From: Candidatus Eiseniibacteriota bacterium
GTDB lineage: Bacteria > Eisenbacteria > RBG-16-71-46 > SZUA-252
DNA: 40,491 nucleotides
Direction of reading: 5' to 3'
Assembly (NCBI GenBank): GCA_031370645.1
Contig: JANMQV010000215.1
Coordinates: forward strand, 1-40,491
A program made the position numbers and the translations under genes. This document shows positions 30,888 to 39,305 of the stretch, in pieces. Positions within the stretch are counted from its first letter, which is position 1; every line of letters begins with the position of its first letter. Under the pieces are notes generated by a model. It was given only the letters and a program-made list of their open reading frames with translations, searched no databases and had not been told where the DNA came from.

Positions 30888-31324
30888 ACGCGGACCCGTT
30901 CCACTTCCACCTCGGGGATCACGTCGAAATCGGCGACCGGCACATGCAGTTTCCGAAGGCGCACCACGACGCGCGAAGCGGGAAATGCGGCGAGAATCCC
31001 GAGCGCCAGATCCTCGGCGGCGGTCTCGATCAAGCGGCGGCGCAACTTGCCCAGGCGCGCGCGGACGAAGCGATAGACCGCCTCATAGTCGATGGCGTCC
31101 TTCAAGGAATCGATGCGGCGGCGCGTGAGGGACGGATAGGCGAGTTCCACGTCGGCCTCGAGGCGCTGACCGAGCGCCCGCTCGCGAGCCGGAACGCCGA
31201 GGTAGCCGTAGGCGCGGATGCCGCGGAGCCGAAGCCAGTCCTCCCCCGCGGGAAATCCGGCACTCCCTTCGGCGCGGCGTGCGCCCGCGCGAGGGCTAAC
31301 GCGACGGGGTCGGCGCGACGGCAT
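30884..31324 (-). CDS. folB: Dihydroneopterin aldolase
   Basis: GYLGV..RER.LGQ, DAIDYE.V, LIETAAE, V.LRK; directly upstream of folK. Confidence 0.88.
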   Translation of the reverse strand: MPSRRPRRVSPRAGARRAEGSAGFPAGEDWLRLRGIRAYGYLGVPARERALGQRLEADVELAYPSLTRRRIDSLKDAIDYEAVYRFVRARLGKLRRRLIETAAEDLALGILAAFPASRVVVRLRKLHVPVADFDVIPEVEVERVRV

Positions 31325-32504
31325 GGGAAGCCTTCCAGGGCGAGAGACCTTCGAGCAGTCGGAGCGCGCGTTCCATTACCGGGACGGAGGCGGTGAGCGC
31401 GATGCGGAAATAGCCTTCGCCCTGATCGCCGAACCCGACGCCGGGGGTCAGCATGACGCCGGTCTTCTCGAAGACGCGCGTGGCAAAATCGATGGCGCTC
31501 TCGCCCTCGGGGACCCGGCCCCAGACGTAGAACGCGCCGCCGGGTGTCGAGACCGGACAACCGAGCCGCTTCAGGCCTTCGACCACCACGTCTCGCCGCT
31601 CGCGATAGACCGCGCGGAGCGCCGGGCCGTGCGTCGGAAGGAGGTGATTGAGCGCCCAGGACGCGGCGATCTGAATCGCCTGGGGAGCGCCCGAATCGAC
31701 GTTCGCCTTCAAGCGGACGAGCGATTCCACGAGTGGGGCCGCGCCGACGGCGAAACCAAGCCGCCAGCCGGTCATGTTGAATGTCTTCGAGAACGAATGA
31801 AACTCGATCGTCCGCGCGCGCGCCGCGGGAAATTCGAGCGCGCTCGGGGGCGGATCGCCGTAGTAGAGCTCCGAATAGGCCGCGTCGCTCGCGATGATGA
31901 GATCGCGGCGCTCCGCCCACGCGGCGAGCGCTTCGTAGAAGGTCCGCGGCGCGAGCGCGCCCGTCGGGTTGTTCGGATAATTGACCCAAACGACGCGCGT
32001 CTTCGGTGTGGCGAGGCGATCGAGTTCGGCGAGGTCGGGGAGAAAGCCGTTCGATTCGCGAAGCGCGTAGCGCACCGGCGTCGCCCCCGCGAAGATCGTT
32101 CCGGCGAAATAAACGGGATAGCCGGGATCGGGCATGAGGACTTCGTCACCGGGATTCAGAATGGCGAGCGGAAAGTGCCCAATCCCCTCCTTCGATCCGA
32201 TGAGGATCGCGCACTCTTTGGCGGGATCGACGGTGACTCCGTAGCGCCCCGCGAACCAGGTCGCGATCTCCCGGCGAGCCGAGAGCATGCCGACGCTCGA
32301 GGGGTAGCGGTGGTTCGCGCCCTCCTGGGCCGCGGCCGCCATCTTCTCGAGGATCGGGGGAGGAGTCGGAAGGTCGGGGTCGCCGATCGAAATATCGATC
32401 ACTTCGCGGCCCGCCGCCTCCGCCTCGGCCCGCCTACGCTCCAATTCGGCAAAGAGATAGCGCGGCAGGGCGAGTAGCCGTTGAGAAGGCGCGAGGGGAG
32501 TCAT
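31296..32504 (-). CDS. Class I/II PLP aminotransferase, LL-diaminopimelate aminotransferase-like
   Basis: LPRYLFA, IGDPDLPTP, GSKEGIGH, NYPNNPTG, DAAYSE, EFHSFSKTFNMTGWRLG. Confidence 0.85.
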   Translation of the reverse strand: MTPLAPSQRLLALPRYLFAELERRRAEAEAAGREVIDISIGDPDLPTPPPILEKMAAAAQEGANHRYPSSVGMLSARREIATWFAGRYGVTVDPAKECAILIGSKEGIGHFPLAILNPGDEVLMPDPGYPVYFAGTIFAGATPVRYALRESNGFLPDLAELDRLATPKTRVVWVNYPNNPTGALAPRTFYEALAAWAERRDLIIASDAAYSELYYGDPPPSALEFPAARARTIEFHSFSKTFNMTGWRLGFAVGAAPLVESLVRLKANVDSGAPQAIQIAASWALNHLLPTHGPALRAVYRERRDVVVEGLKRLGCPVSTPGGAFYVWGRVPEGESAIDFATRVFEKTGVMLTPGVGFGDQGEGYFRIALTASVPVMERALRLLEGLSPWKASHAVAPTPSR

Positions 32505-32512
32505 GGGGACCG

Positions 32513-32541
32513 ACGGTAGCCGGGGGTGATGGGGGTGTCAA
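32513..32541 (-). promoter_or_regulatory. sigma70 promoter of the aminotransferase-fol-pan operon, near-leaderless
   Basis: TTGACA-17 bp-TACCGT; 8 nt to ATG 32504; no SD. Confidence 0.7.
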
Positions 32542-32580
32542 GGGGCGGACGCGCCGCCCGGTTTCCGTTGGAAACGAGGG

Positions 32581-33507
32581 CTAGACCGAGCCCTCGGCGG
32601 GGGGATCGATCACGACCATCACCTCGGCCTCGAGCGTGATCCCGTTCGCTTCCTCCACGCGGCGCTTCATTTCCTGCGCGACGCGGAGCACTTCGTAGGC
32701 GGTGGCACCGCCGCGGTTCACGATGTAGTTGGCGTGGAAGGCGTGTACGCCCGCCCCGCCTTCGCGAATCTCCTTCGCGCCCGCCGCTTCCAGCAACTGC
32801 CCCGCGGCGATCTTGCTGCCATCGGGAAGGACCGGATTCTTGAAGAAGCAGCCGGCGGTGTGGAGCCCCTTCTCGTGGCGACGAGCGCGCTGCGCGGCGT
32901 GCTGTCCCATAACGCGATCCATCTCGGCGCGATCGCCCGGCTGAAGCGAGAACTCGGTCTCCGCGACGATGTTCGTGTTTTGCTTCAGATTGCTGTGGCG
33001 GTAAGCGAATCCTAGGTCGCCCGGCTTCCGGTCGACGAGCGTCGTTCCCTCGAGGAGGCGGATTCGGGTCGCGACATCGGCGACCGAGCGGCCGAACGCG
33101 CCCGCGTTTCCGCGGATGGCGCCGCCGACCGTTCCGGGGATGTCGATCGCGAACTCGAGTCCGGTGAGCGACCGCTGCCGCGCCGCTTCCACGACTTCGC
33201 CCAGGTCGGCGCCCGCTCCCGCGACAATCCGGTTCCCCTCGACGCGGAGGTGCTCGATCTTGTTCACGATCGCCACGCCGCGGAATCCGGTGTCGCCGAC
33301 GAGGAGATTCGAGCCTCCCCCGATCAGGAGCCACCGCATGCCGCTCGCCACCGCTTCCCCGACCACCTGCTGGAGCGCCCGCTCCGTGTAGACCTCGACC
33401 AGGACATCCGCCGGGCCCCCGATGCCGAACGTGGTGTAGGGCGCGATGGGAGCCATCTTCTTAAGCGTCAGTTCCTGCGACGGTGCAGTCAGGGTCTCGA
33501 ACGGCAT
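32581..33507 (-). CDS. murB: UDP-N-acetylmuramate dehydrogenase
   Basis: YTTFGIGGPA, GGGSNLLV, GLEF..IPGTVGGA..GNAGA, FAYRHS, AGCFFKNP, HANYIVN. Confidence 0.95.
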   Translation of the reverse strand: MPFETLTAPSQELTLKKMAPIAPYTTFGIGGPADVLVEVYTERALQQVVGEAVASGMRWLLIGGGSNLLVGDTGFRGVAIVNKIEHLRVEGNRIVAGAGADLGEVVEAARQRSLTGLEFAIDIPGTVGGAIRGNAGAFGRSVADVATRIRLLEGTTLVDRKPGDLGFAYRHSNLKQNTNIVAETEFSLQPGDRAEMDRVMGQHAAQRARRHEKGLHTAGCFFKNPVLPDGSKIAAGQLLEAAGAKEIREGGAGVHAFHANYIVNRGGATAYEVLRVAQEMKRRVEEANGITLEAEVMVVIDPPAEGSV

Positions 33508-33656
33508 CGATCCTCCGGGGACATGGCGTGATCTTCAAGAAGGATACGGGAATCTATCGGCAGGCGCGGTCGAATTCTGCACTTCCATCTGGGCGAAAGC
33601 CCTCCTCGCGAGTTTCCTTGCCGACCGGCCCCGCTCTTCGTAACGTGGCAGAGGTC

Positions 33657-34898
33657 ATGACCGAACCGTCTCGGATTTTGCAACGTCTCCGCCTCCGGGA
33701 GGTCGTCCCCTTCGTGGGGCCGGCCTTCGTGGCAAGCATCGCCTACATCGATCCCGGCAATTTCGCGACGAACATCGCCGGGGGCTCCGACTTCCGCTAC
33801 CAGCTTCTCTGGGTGCTCCTCTGGAGCAACCTCATGGCGATCCTGGTGCAACTGCTGTCGGCGAAATTGGGGATCGCGACCGGGATGTCGCTCCCCCGGA
33901 ACTGCCGGGAGCACTTCCCCCGCGGCCTGAACTACTTCCTTTGGGGCGCCGGCGAGATCTCGGCGCTCGCGACCGACCTGGCCGAGTTCCTGGGCGCGGC
34001 GCTCGGCTTCTCGCTTCTCTTCGGCATGCCGCTCTTTCCCGCCGCGCTCCTGACCGGGGTATCGACCTTTCTGATCCTCGGCGTGGAACGGCTCGGCTTT
34101 CGAAAACTCGAATACGTGATCATGGCCTTCGTCGGTGTTATCTCGCTCGCCTATGTCGTCGAGCTATTCCTCGCCCAGCCACCCTGGGGGACGATCGCCT
34201 ACCACATCGCCGTACCCCAACTGAACGAGAAGAGCATCTACGTCGCGGTCGGAATGCTCGGCGCGACCGTGATGCCTCACGTCGTCTATCTCCACTCGGC
34301 GCTCGTCCTGCCCCGCCGGAAGGAACTTGGGAACACGGATCACGCCCGGCACTTCCGCATGGAGCGCCTGGAGGTCCTCGTGGCGATGAACGTGGCGTGG
34401 GTCATCAACTCCGCCATGGTGATCATGTCGGCGGCGGTCTTCCACGACCGCGGCATGCCGGTGCAATCGATCGAGCAGGCCCACCAGACGCTCCGGCCGC
34501 TCTTGGGACAGCTCTCGAGCACGCTCTTCGCGGTCGCCCTCCTGGCGTCGGGGCTCGCCTCCTCGGCCGTGGGGACGCTGGCCGGCCAGGTGATCTTGGA
34601 GGGGTTCCTGGACGTGAAGATGAGCATCTTCCTCCGCCGACTCATCACGATGATCCCCGCGCTCGTCGTCATCGCGATCGGGCTCGACCCGCTCCGCATT
34701 CTCGTGCTGAGCCAGGTCTGCCTCAGTTTCACGCTTCCCTTCGCCATCGGCCCACTCGTCTGGCTGACCAGCCGACGTCATGTGATGGGAGAGCACGTGA
34801 ACCGGCCCGTCACGAGCCTCATGGCCGTGGCGGTCACGGTGGTGATCGTTGCCTTGAACGGGCTCCTCCTCTACCAGCTCTTCGGAGGATCGTTTTGA
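33657..34898 (+). CDS. mntH: Nramp-family divalent metal transporter
   Basis: AYIDPGN, GATVMPH, GTLAGQVILEGF, SQV.LSF; start reassigned to ATG 33657 (GAGG SD). Confidence 0.94.
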   Translation: MTEPSRILQRLRLREVVPFVGPAFVASIAYIDPGNFATNIAGGSDFRYQLLWVLLWSNLMAILVQLLSAKLGIATGMSLPRNCREHFPRGLNYFLWGAGEISALATDLAEFLGAALGFSLLFGMPLFPAALLTGVSTFLILGVERLGFRKLEYVIMAFVGVISLAYVVELFLAQPPWGTIAYHIAVPQLNEKSIYVAVGMLGATVMPHVVYLHSALVLPRRKELGNTDHARHFRMERLEVLVAMNVAWVINSAMVIMSAAVFHDRGMPVQSIEQAHQTLRPLLGQLSSTLFAVALLASGLASSAVGTLAGQVILEGFLDVKMSIFLRRLITMIPALVVIAIGLDPLRILVLSQVCLSFTLPFAIGPLVWLTSRRHVMGEHVNRPVTSLMAVAVTVVIVALNGLLLYQLFGGSF

Positions 34899-34987
34899 GG
34901 GGCGGCGGCATCGAATGGCAGTGCCCCCTAGGGGAAACCGGCCGAGGCTGCCGGGGTATACTGGGGAGGCATGGGGAGGTTAAGCGT

Positions 34988-35635
34988 ATGATTCGACGAT
35001 TCACGATCGCCTTGGCGTTCGGCGCGCTCGTTCTGGGCGCGGGTACGGCCGTCGCGGGAGATAATGACGATGTCTCGCGGGAAGCCGTCGTGGACGGACC
35101 CGCCGACCTCGTGTGGCGTCTCCTCACCACGAAGCAGGGCATGCAGTCGTGGCTCGCGCCGCAAGCGGACGTCGACTGGCGCGTGGGGGGCCTGATCCGT
35201 ACTCATCACGACGTTGCCGGCCGCATCGGCGACCCCCAGACGACCATCAGCCGCGTCATCTCCCTCGACGCCGGTCACGCCTTCACGGTCAAAGTCGTGC
35301 AGGCCCCCGAGGGCTATCCCTTCGCTCAGTTCATCGTGGGGACTTGGTATGACGTGGCGCTCGACGCGTTGCCGGGAGGGAGAACCCGCATTCGCTGCGT
35401 GGGACATGGTCTCGGCGAAGGGTGGGCCCGCTACGCGACCGCGCCGGTCTTTGAACAGGGCGCCGATCTCGCGTTCGGACAGTTGAAGAGGGCGCTCGCC
35501 GTCCAGGTCGAGTCGAACGCGAAGAATCCCGTCGTGAAGCCGACCTTGAAGAAAACCCCGAAGCCAACCTCGAAGCAACCCCCGAAGCCGACCTCGAAGC
35601 AAACCCCGAAGAAGAGCCCCGCGAAGCAGCGCTAG
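34988..35635 (+). CDS. Exported SRPBCC (START/AHSA1-like) domain protein with Lys/Pro/Thr tail
   Basis: GGGGAGGT SD; signal peptide ending AVA; VWRLLTT..G...WLAP...VDWRVGG pattern. Confidence 0.78.
   Translation: MIRRFTIALAFGALVLGAGTAVAGDNDDVSREAVVDGPADLVWRLLTTKQGMQSWLAPQADVDWRVGGLIRTHHDVAGRIGDPQTTISRVISLDAGHAFTVKVVQAPEGYPFAQFIVGTWYDVALDALPGGRTRIRCVGHGLGEGWARYATAPVFEQGADLAFGQLKRALAVQVESNAKNPVVKPTLKKTPKPTSKQPPKPTSKQTPKKSPAKQR
35537..35608 (+). repeat. Three imperfect 24-bp tandem repeats in coding tail
   Basis: AAGCCGACCTTGAAGAAAACCCCG / AAGCCAACCTCGAAGCAACCCCCG / AAGCCGACCTCGAAGCAAACCCCG. Confidence 0.85.
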
Positions 35636-36258
35636 AAGAGGCGCGAGTAGAGTACGTAGAGGCCGAGGGCGCAGAGCCCGCCGCCGAATGCCCGAAGCGT
35701 GCGATCGAAGACGACGGGCCGAATCCACGTCCGGCCATGATGCAGAAGCCACACCAGAAGCGTGAACCACGCCACGATCCCCACCGCGACGCCACCGACC
35801 AGGAAGAGGCGGTCCCCTCCGTCGGTCGGTTCCAATCCCACCGCGTGAAGCGCGGCGAGGACCGCGAGCCAACTGACGAACACGGATGGATTGAGCGCCA
35901 CCATCGAGAAGCCGAGCGTGAGATCGCGGAGCGCGCTGGTCGGGGCGGGAGGCACGGGCAGGTCGCCGGGTGCGAAATGGCGCGTGGCGAGGAAATGGGC
36001 ACCGAGCGCGATCATGATGACCGCCCCGACGACGCCGAGGACCGGGCGAAACATCGGCCATCGTTCCGCAAGCAGGCCGTAGCCGAAGAGTGCCGCACCG
36101 CAGTAGCCGGCCTCGGCCACCGCCGCGCCTGCCGCGAGAAGGATGCCGTCCCGGTAGCGCCCCGAAGCGCCGCGCTTGAAGACGAAGAGCGAGACCGGGC
36201 CGCCGATCGGCATCGAGCCGACGAAGCCGAGCCCGAAACCGAGAAGACCGGAGTTCAC
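35632..36258 (-). CDS. LysE/RhtB-family exporter
   Basis: SMPIGGPV N-terminal motif, GF....LNP, about six hydrophobic segments. Confidence 0.8.
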   Translation of the reverse strand: MNSGLLGFGLGFVGSMPIGGPVSLFVFKRGASGRYRDGILLAAGAAVAEAGYCGAALFGYGLLAERWPMFRPVLGVVGAVIMIALGAHFLATRHFAPGDLPVPPAPTSALRDLTLGFSMVALNPSVFVSWLAVLAALHAVGLEPTDGGDRLFLVGGVAVGIVAWFTLLVWLLHHGRTWIRPVVFDRTLRAFGGGLCALGLYVLYSRLF

Positions 36259-36989
36259 GCGACGCCCCCGAAGGCGGCCTGCGCGAGTTCTAGATCCTCC
36301 GCCGTGTCGATCTCCATGCAGGCGAGGTCCCCGAGATCGACGGGATCGACTCGCTCTCCGGAGCGGATGACCTCCACGAACGACGACTCGTAGAATTCGT
36401 TTCGGCCGGGGCCGGCTTCGACCCGACGCTCAATCGCCTCGAAGAGTTTCCGGGCGAACGGAGCGGAGAAGATCTCGAGTCCGACCGATTCGCCGATTGC
36501 CAAGGCGGGTGGGATCTCCTTCCCCACGTCGATCACGCTCCCGTCTGCGCCCAACTGCACCTTCATCTCCTCGGCGCCGAGTCCCCCGCGCGTCCGAACC
36601 GCGAGCCGGTTGGGGTGGGGATCTCGGAGCAGGCGATCGAGAACCGCGGGAGCGAAGGCGATGTCGCTATCGAGAAGAAACATGGCCTCCCCCTCCTCGA
36701 CCCGCGCGAGATGAAGCGAGTAGGCATTGTTCGTCGAGTCCCACGCTTCGTTCCGCATGAATCGGAACCACTCGCGGGGGTAGCGATCGAGAAGCGCCGA
36801 GCGAACCATCTCGCCTCGGTATCCATCGACGATCGTGAACGTGGTAAATCCCCGCTCGGCGAGTTGGCCGACCGCGCGAACGAGGAGCGGCGACCCGCCC
36901 ACGTCCAGAAGCGCCTTGGGCGTTGAGTCGGTGAGTGGTCGGAGCCGCGCGCCGCGCCCGGCCGCAAGAAAGACGACACGGGTATTCAG
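36255..36989 (-). CDS. Phosphocholine-cytidylyltransferase-like (LicC/PntC-type) NTP transferase
   Basis: LAAGRGARLRPLT..PKALL, GY, N..W..TNNAYSL, DSDI, EEMKV, GESVG, EIDT.EDL; probable CTG start overlapping upstream stop (start uncertain). Confidence 0.85.
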   Translation of the reverse strand: MNTRVVFLAAGRGARLRPLTDSTPKALLDVGGSPLLVRAVGQLAERGFTTFTIVDGYRGEMVRSALLDRYPREWFRFMRNEAWDSTNNAYSLHLARVEEGEAMFLLDSDIAFAPAVLDRLLRDPHPNRLAVRTRGGLGAEEMKVQLGADGSVIDVGKEIPPALAIGESVGLEIFSAPFARKLFEAIERRVEAGPGRNEFYESSFVEVIRSGERVDPVDLGDLACMEIDTAEDLELAQAAFGGVA

Positions 36990-37909
36990 ACTCCCGCCGC
37001 CTGCTCGGCCAAGAGTCGACGCCGAACCGACGCCCGCACCACGAGCACGGCAGCGCCGTAGAGGTTTCCCGCGAGGATCGCGGCGAGGATGAGCCATTCG
37101 GGGCGGTTGACGAGCGCGGCGAGGATGATGACCGTCAGCTGCATCGTCGGCCCGGCAGCCACCGCGAGCCGGAGAATGGGACGGTTCAATTCCGCCCAGG
37201 CCGTCACCGATAGCGCGTCTTCCGCGATTTCGGAAGGATGGGGAGGACGAGGCCGCGCGCCTCCTTCCCAGAGATGCGTGTACACGACATAGGCGCCGAC
37301 GAGCACTTGCTCCGTCCGATGCGTCCCGTCTCGCCGCCACTCCGCGGCGGCATTCACGAGCGCCGCCAACTCGGCCGCGCGGTCCTGGCGCTTCCCATAG
37401 ACGCGCCGCGACCACTCGAGCCGGAGCCCATCGACGACGGCGCACCACCAGGCGAGCGAGAGTCCGGCCACGACCGTGAGTGTCCACCAGAGCGCCGGGT
37501 TGGAGTGCCGCGAGGCCGCCGCCTGGCCGAGACCCAGCACGATCGCCGCGGTGCCGATATAGCCCGCCAAGCCGTCGAGGACATAGCCGAGCGGAGATCC
37601 CTTTCCCCGGACGCGCGCGAGCATGCCGTCGGCGCAGTCGAGGATATTGAACGCGAAAACGGCCACCGCGCCCCAGAGAAGCGACGCCGCCGTTCCCATG
37701 CCGAAGAGAACGCCCGCGGCAATGCCGAAGACGATGCTCAAGAGTGTGACTTGATCGGCCGTGATCGGAGTCGGCTTGGCGAGGAGGACGAATCCGTAGG
37801 CGATCGGGCGGTAGAAGACGGCGTCGAGCGTCTCTTCCATCTCGGGCGCCTTCAGCATCGCGCGGTACTCCGCGCGGACCCGCTTCCGCGCCTCGAGAGG
37901 GGCGGACAT
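36986..37909 (-). CDS. CDP-alcohol phosphatidyltransferase family protein
   Basis: D..FYRP, TADQVT, LDCADGMLAR..G...G..LD signature; multiple TM segments; TGATG-coupled start. Confidence 0.88.
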   Translation of the reverse strand: MSAPLEARKRVRAEYRAMLKAPEMEETLDAVFYRPIAYGFVLLAKPTPITADQVTLLSIVFGIAAGVLFGMGTAASLLWGAVAVFAFNILDCADGMLARVRGKGSPLGYVLDGLAGYIGTAAIVLGLGQAAASRHSNPALWWTLTVVAGLSLAWWCAVVDGLRLEWSRRVYGKRQDRAAELAALVNAAAEWRRDGTHRTEQVLVGAYVVYTHLWEGGARPRPPHPSEIAEDALSVTAWAELNRPILRLAVAAGPTMQLTVIILAALVNRPEWLILAAILAGNLYGAAVLVVRASVRRRLLAEQAAGV

Positions 37910-38967
37910 CAAACGGCGGCCGGCAACATGGCGGGAAGGACTCCGAGCATCGCATCCAAGAGCCCCGCGTTCTCCTCGGTCGTCCCGATGGTGATGCGCG
38001 CGCAATCGAGGAACGCGGGCTCCTTGAAGCACTTGATCACGTAGCCGCGTGATCTCAATTCCGTGTCGAGCGAGGCGAGAATCTCCTGAGGAAAGCGAGC
38101 GAGCAGGAAATTCGCGTCGGAGTCGTAGGCGCGAACCCCGGGGAGCGCGCGGAGCGACTCGCAGAGCCGGGTCCGGTCCGCCGTCATGCGATCGCGGATG
38201 CCGGCGTAGTAGTCGGGACTGTCGAGGGCGGCAAGCGCGAGATTCTCAGAAACGCGGTTGTATCCCAGGCAGCGAGCTCCGATCGTGGCGAATTCGCGAT
38301 GGCGCTCCCCGACGATGCCGTATCCGATCCGTGCGCCGGCCAGCGCGTAGAGTTTGGAGAAGGAACGAAGCACGAGGAGGTCCGGGAATTCGTCGGTGAG
38401 CGCCGCCCAGTCGTCGGGGTCATCCTCCGCGAAGCCGAAGTAGGCCTGATCGAGCAATGTCGGTACGCCGGCGAATTCCTCGAGGAGCGTTCGGAGTTGC
38501 CGGCGCGTGATCCGGTTCCCCGTCGGGTTGTTCGGCGTCGCGATGAGGAGAAGTTTCGCGTCGACTCGACCCCGGAGCGCCAGGATCGCGTCCAAGTCGT
38601 ACCGGTAAGCCGTCGGTCCCTCGACGAGCGGATACTCGATCGTATCGCCTCCGACCTCGTCCGCCACCGAGCGGTAATACCACCACGAAGCGCTCGGCAC
38701 GAGGAGCGCGCCTCCATGCCCGAGGTAGTGGCGCACGGCGACCTTGAGGATGTCCTCGCAGCCGTAGCCGAGGAGAATTCGCGATTCCTCGACACCGTGC
38801 GTGGCCGCCAGCCGGAGCGAAAGCCGGCTGTAGCTTCCGGACATGAAGTCTCGAGGGTAGTCGTGGAGGAGGTCGGGGGCGAGATCCCGAAGGGAAGCCA
38901 GGCAGGCCGGGGCGGGGCCGTAGTGATTTTCGTTACGGTCAAGCGTGATGGCGTCGCGTTGAGTCAT
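37909..38967 (-). CDS. HisC/CobD-like PLP-dependent aminotransferase or decarboxylase
   Basis: LDRNEN.YGP, PNNPTG, DQAY..F, LRSFSKLYALAGARIGY, ANFLL, RITIGT; start reassigned to ATG 38967. Confidence 0.88.
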   Translation of the reverse strand: MTQRDAITLDRNENHYGPAPACLASLRDLAPDLLHDYPRDFMSGSYSRLSLRLAATHGVEESRILLGYGCEDILKVAVRHYLGHGGALLVPSASWWYYRSVADEVGGDTIEYPLVEGPTAYRYDLDAILALRGRVDAKLLLIATPNNPTGNRITRRQLRTLLEEFAGVPTLLDQAYFGFAEDDPDDWAALTDEFPDLLVLRSFSKLYALAGARIGYGIVGERHREFATIGARCLGYNRVSENLALAALDSPDYYAGIRDRMTADRTRLCESLRALPGVRAYDSDANFLLARFPQEILASLDTELRSRGYVIKCFKEPAFLDCARITIGTTEENAGLLDAMLGVLPAMLPAAV

Positions 38968-39305
38968 CGAGGATCCGATTGACCTTTCTGGATGGCGACT
39001 CTTCGCGAACGACGCAGCGACAGTCGAGCGTCGGTCACCTAGTGCGCCGGCGTCAACACGGAAAGAATGCCCGAGGGTCGCGGGCAAACGGGCTCGGGGC
39101 CAACGGTTCGCCCCCACGTCCCGTTCGATAGATACTACCCGTGCGCGGTTGGCCGGGTTCCCCGCCTGGGTGGGGGGGCAAGGCCCCGGAACGGGCCGCG
39201 GAGGCATGGCATGTTCGGGCCTAAGCGGATGGCAACACCTTGCCTACGGGGAGCGGAGGCCCTACGATCCCGCGACCAGGATCGATTCATCTTGAAGGAG
39301 GTCTT

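Noticed and set aside
33508-33656. yybP-ykoY riboswitch or MntR/Fur box upstream of mntH
   Set aside because: No recognisable core or convincing palindrome.
38968-39305. ZTP or other purine riboswitch upstream of purT
   Set aside because: CGCCTGGG is present but the GACTGGCG/GGTGG core is not; the short hairpins are explainable by GC content.
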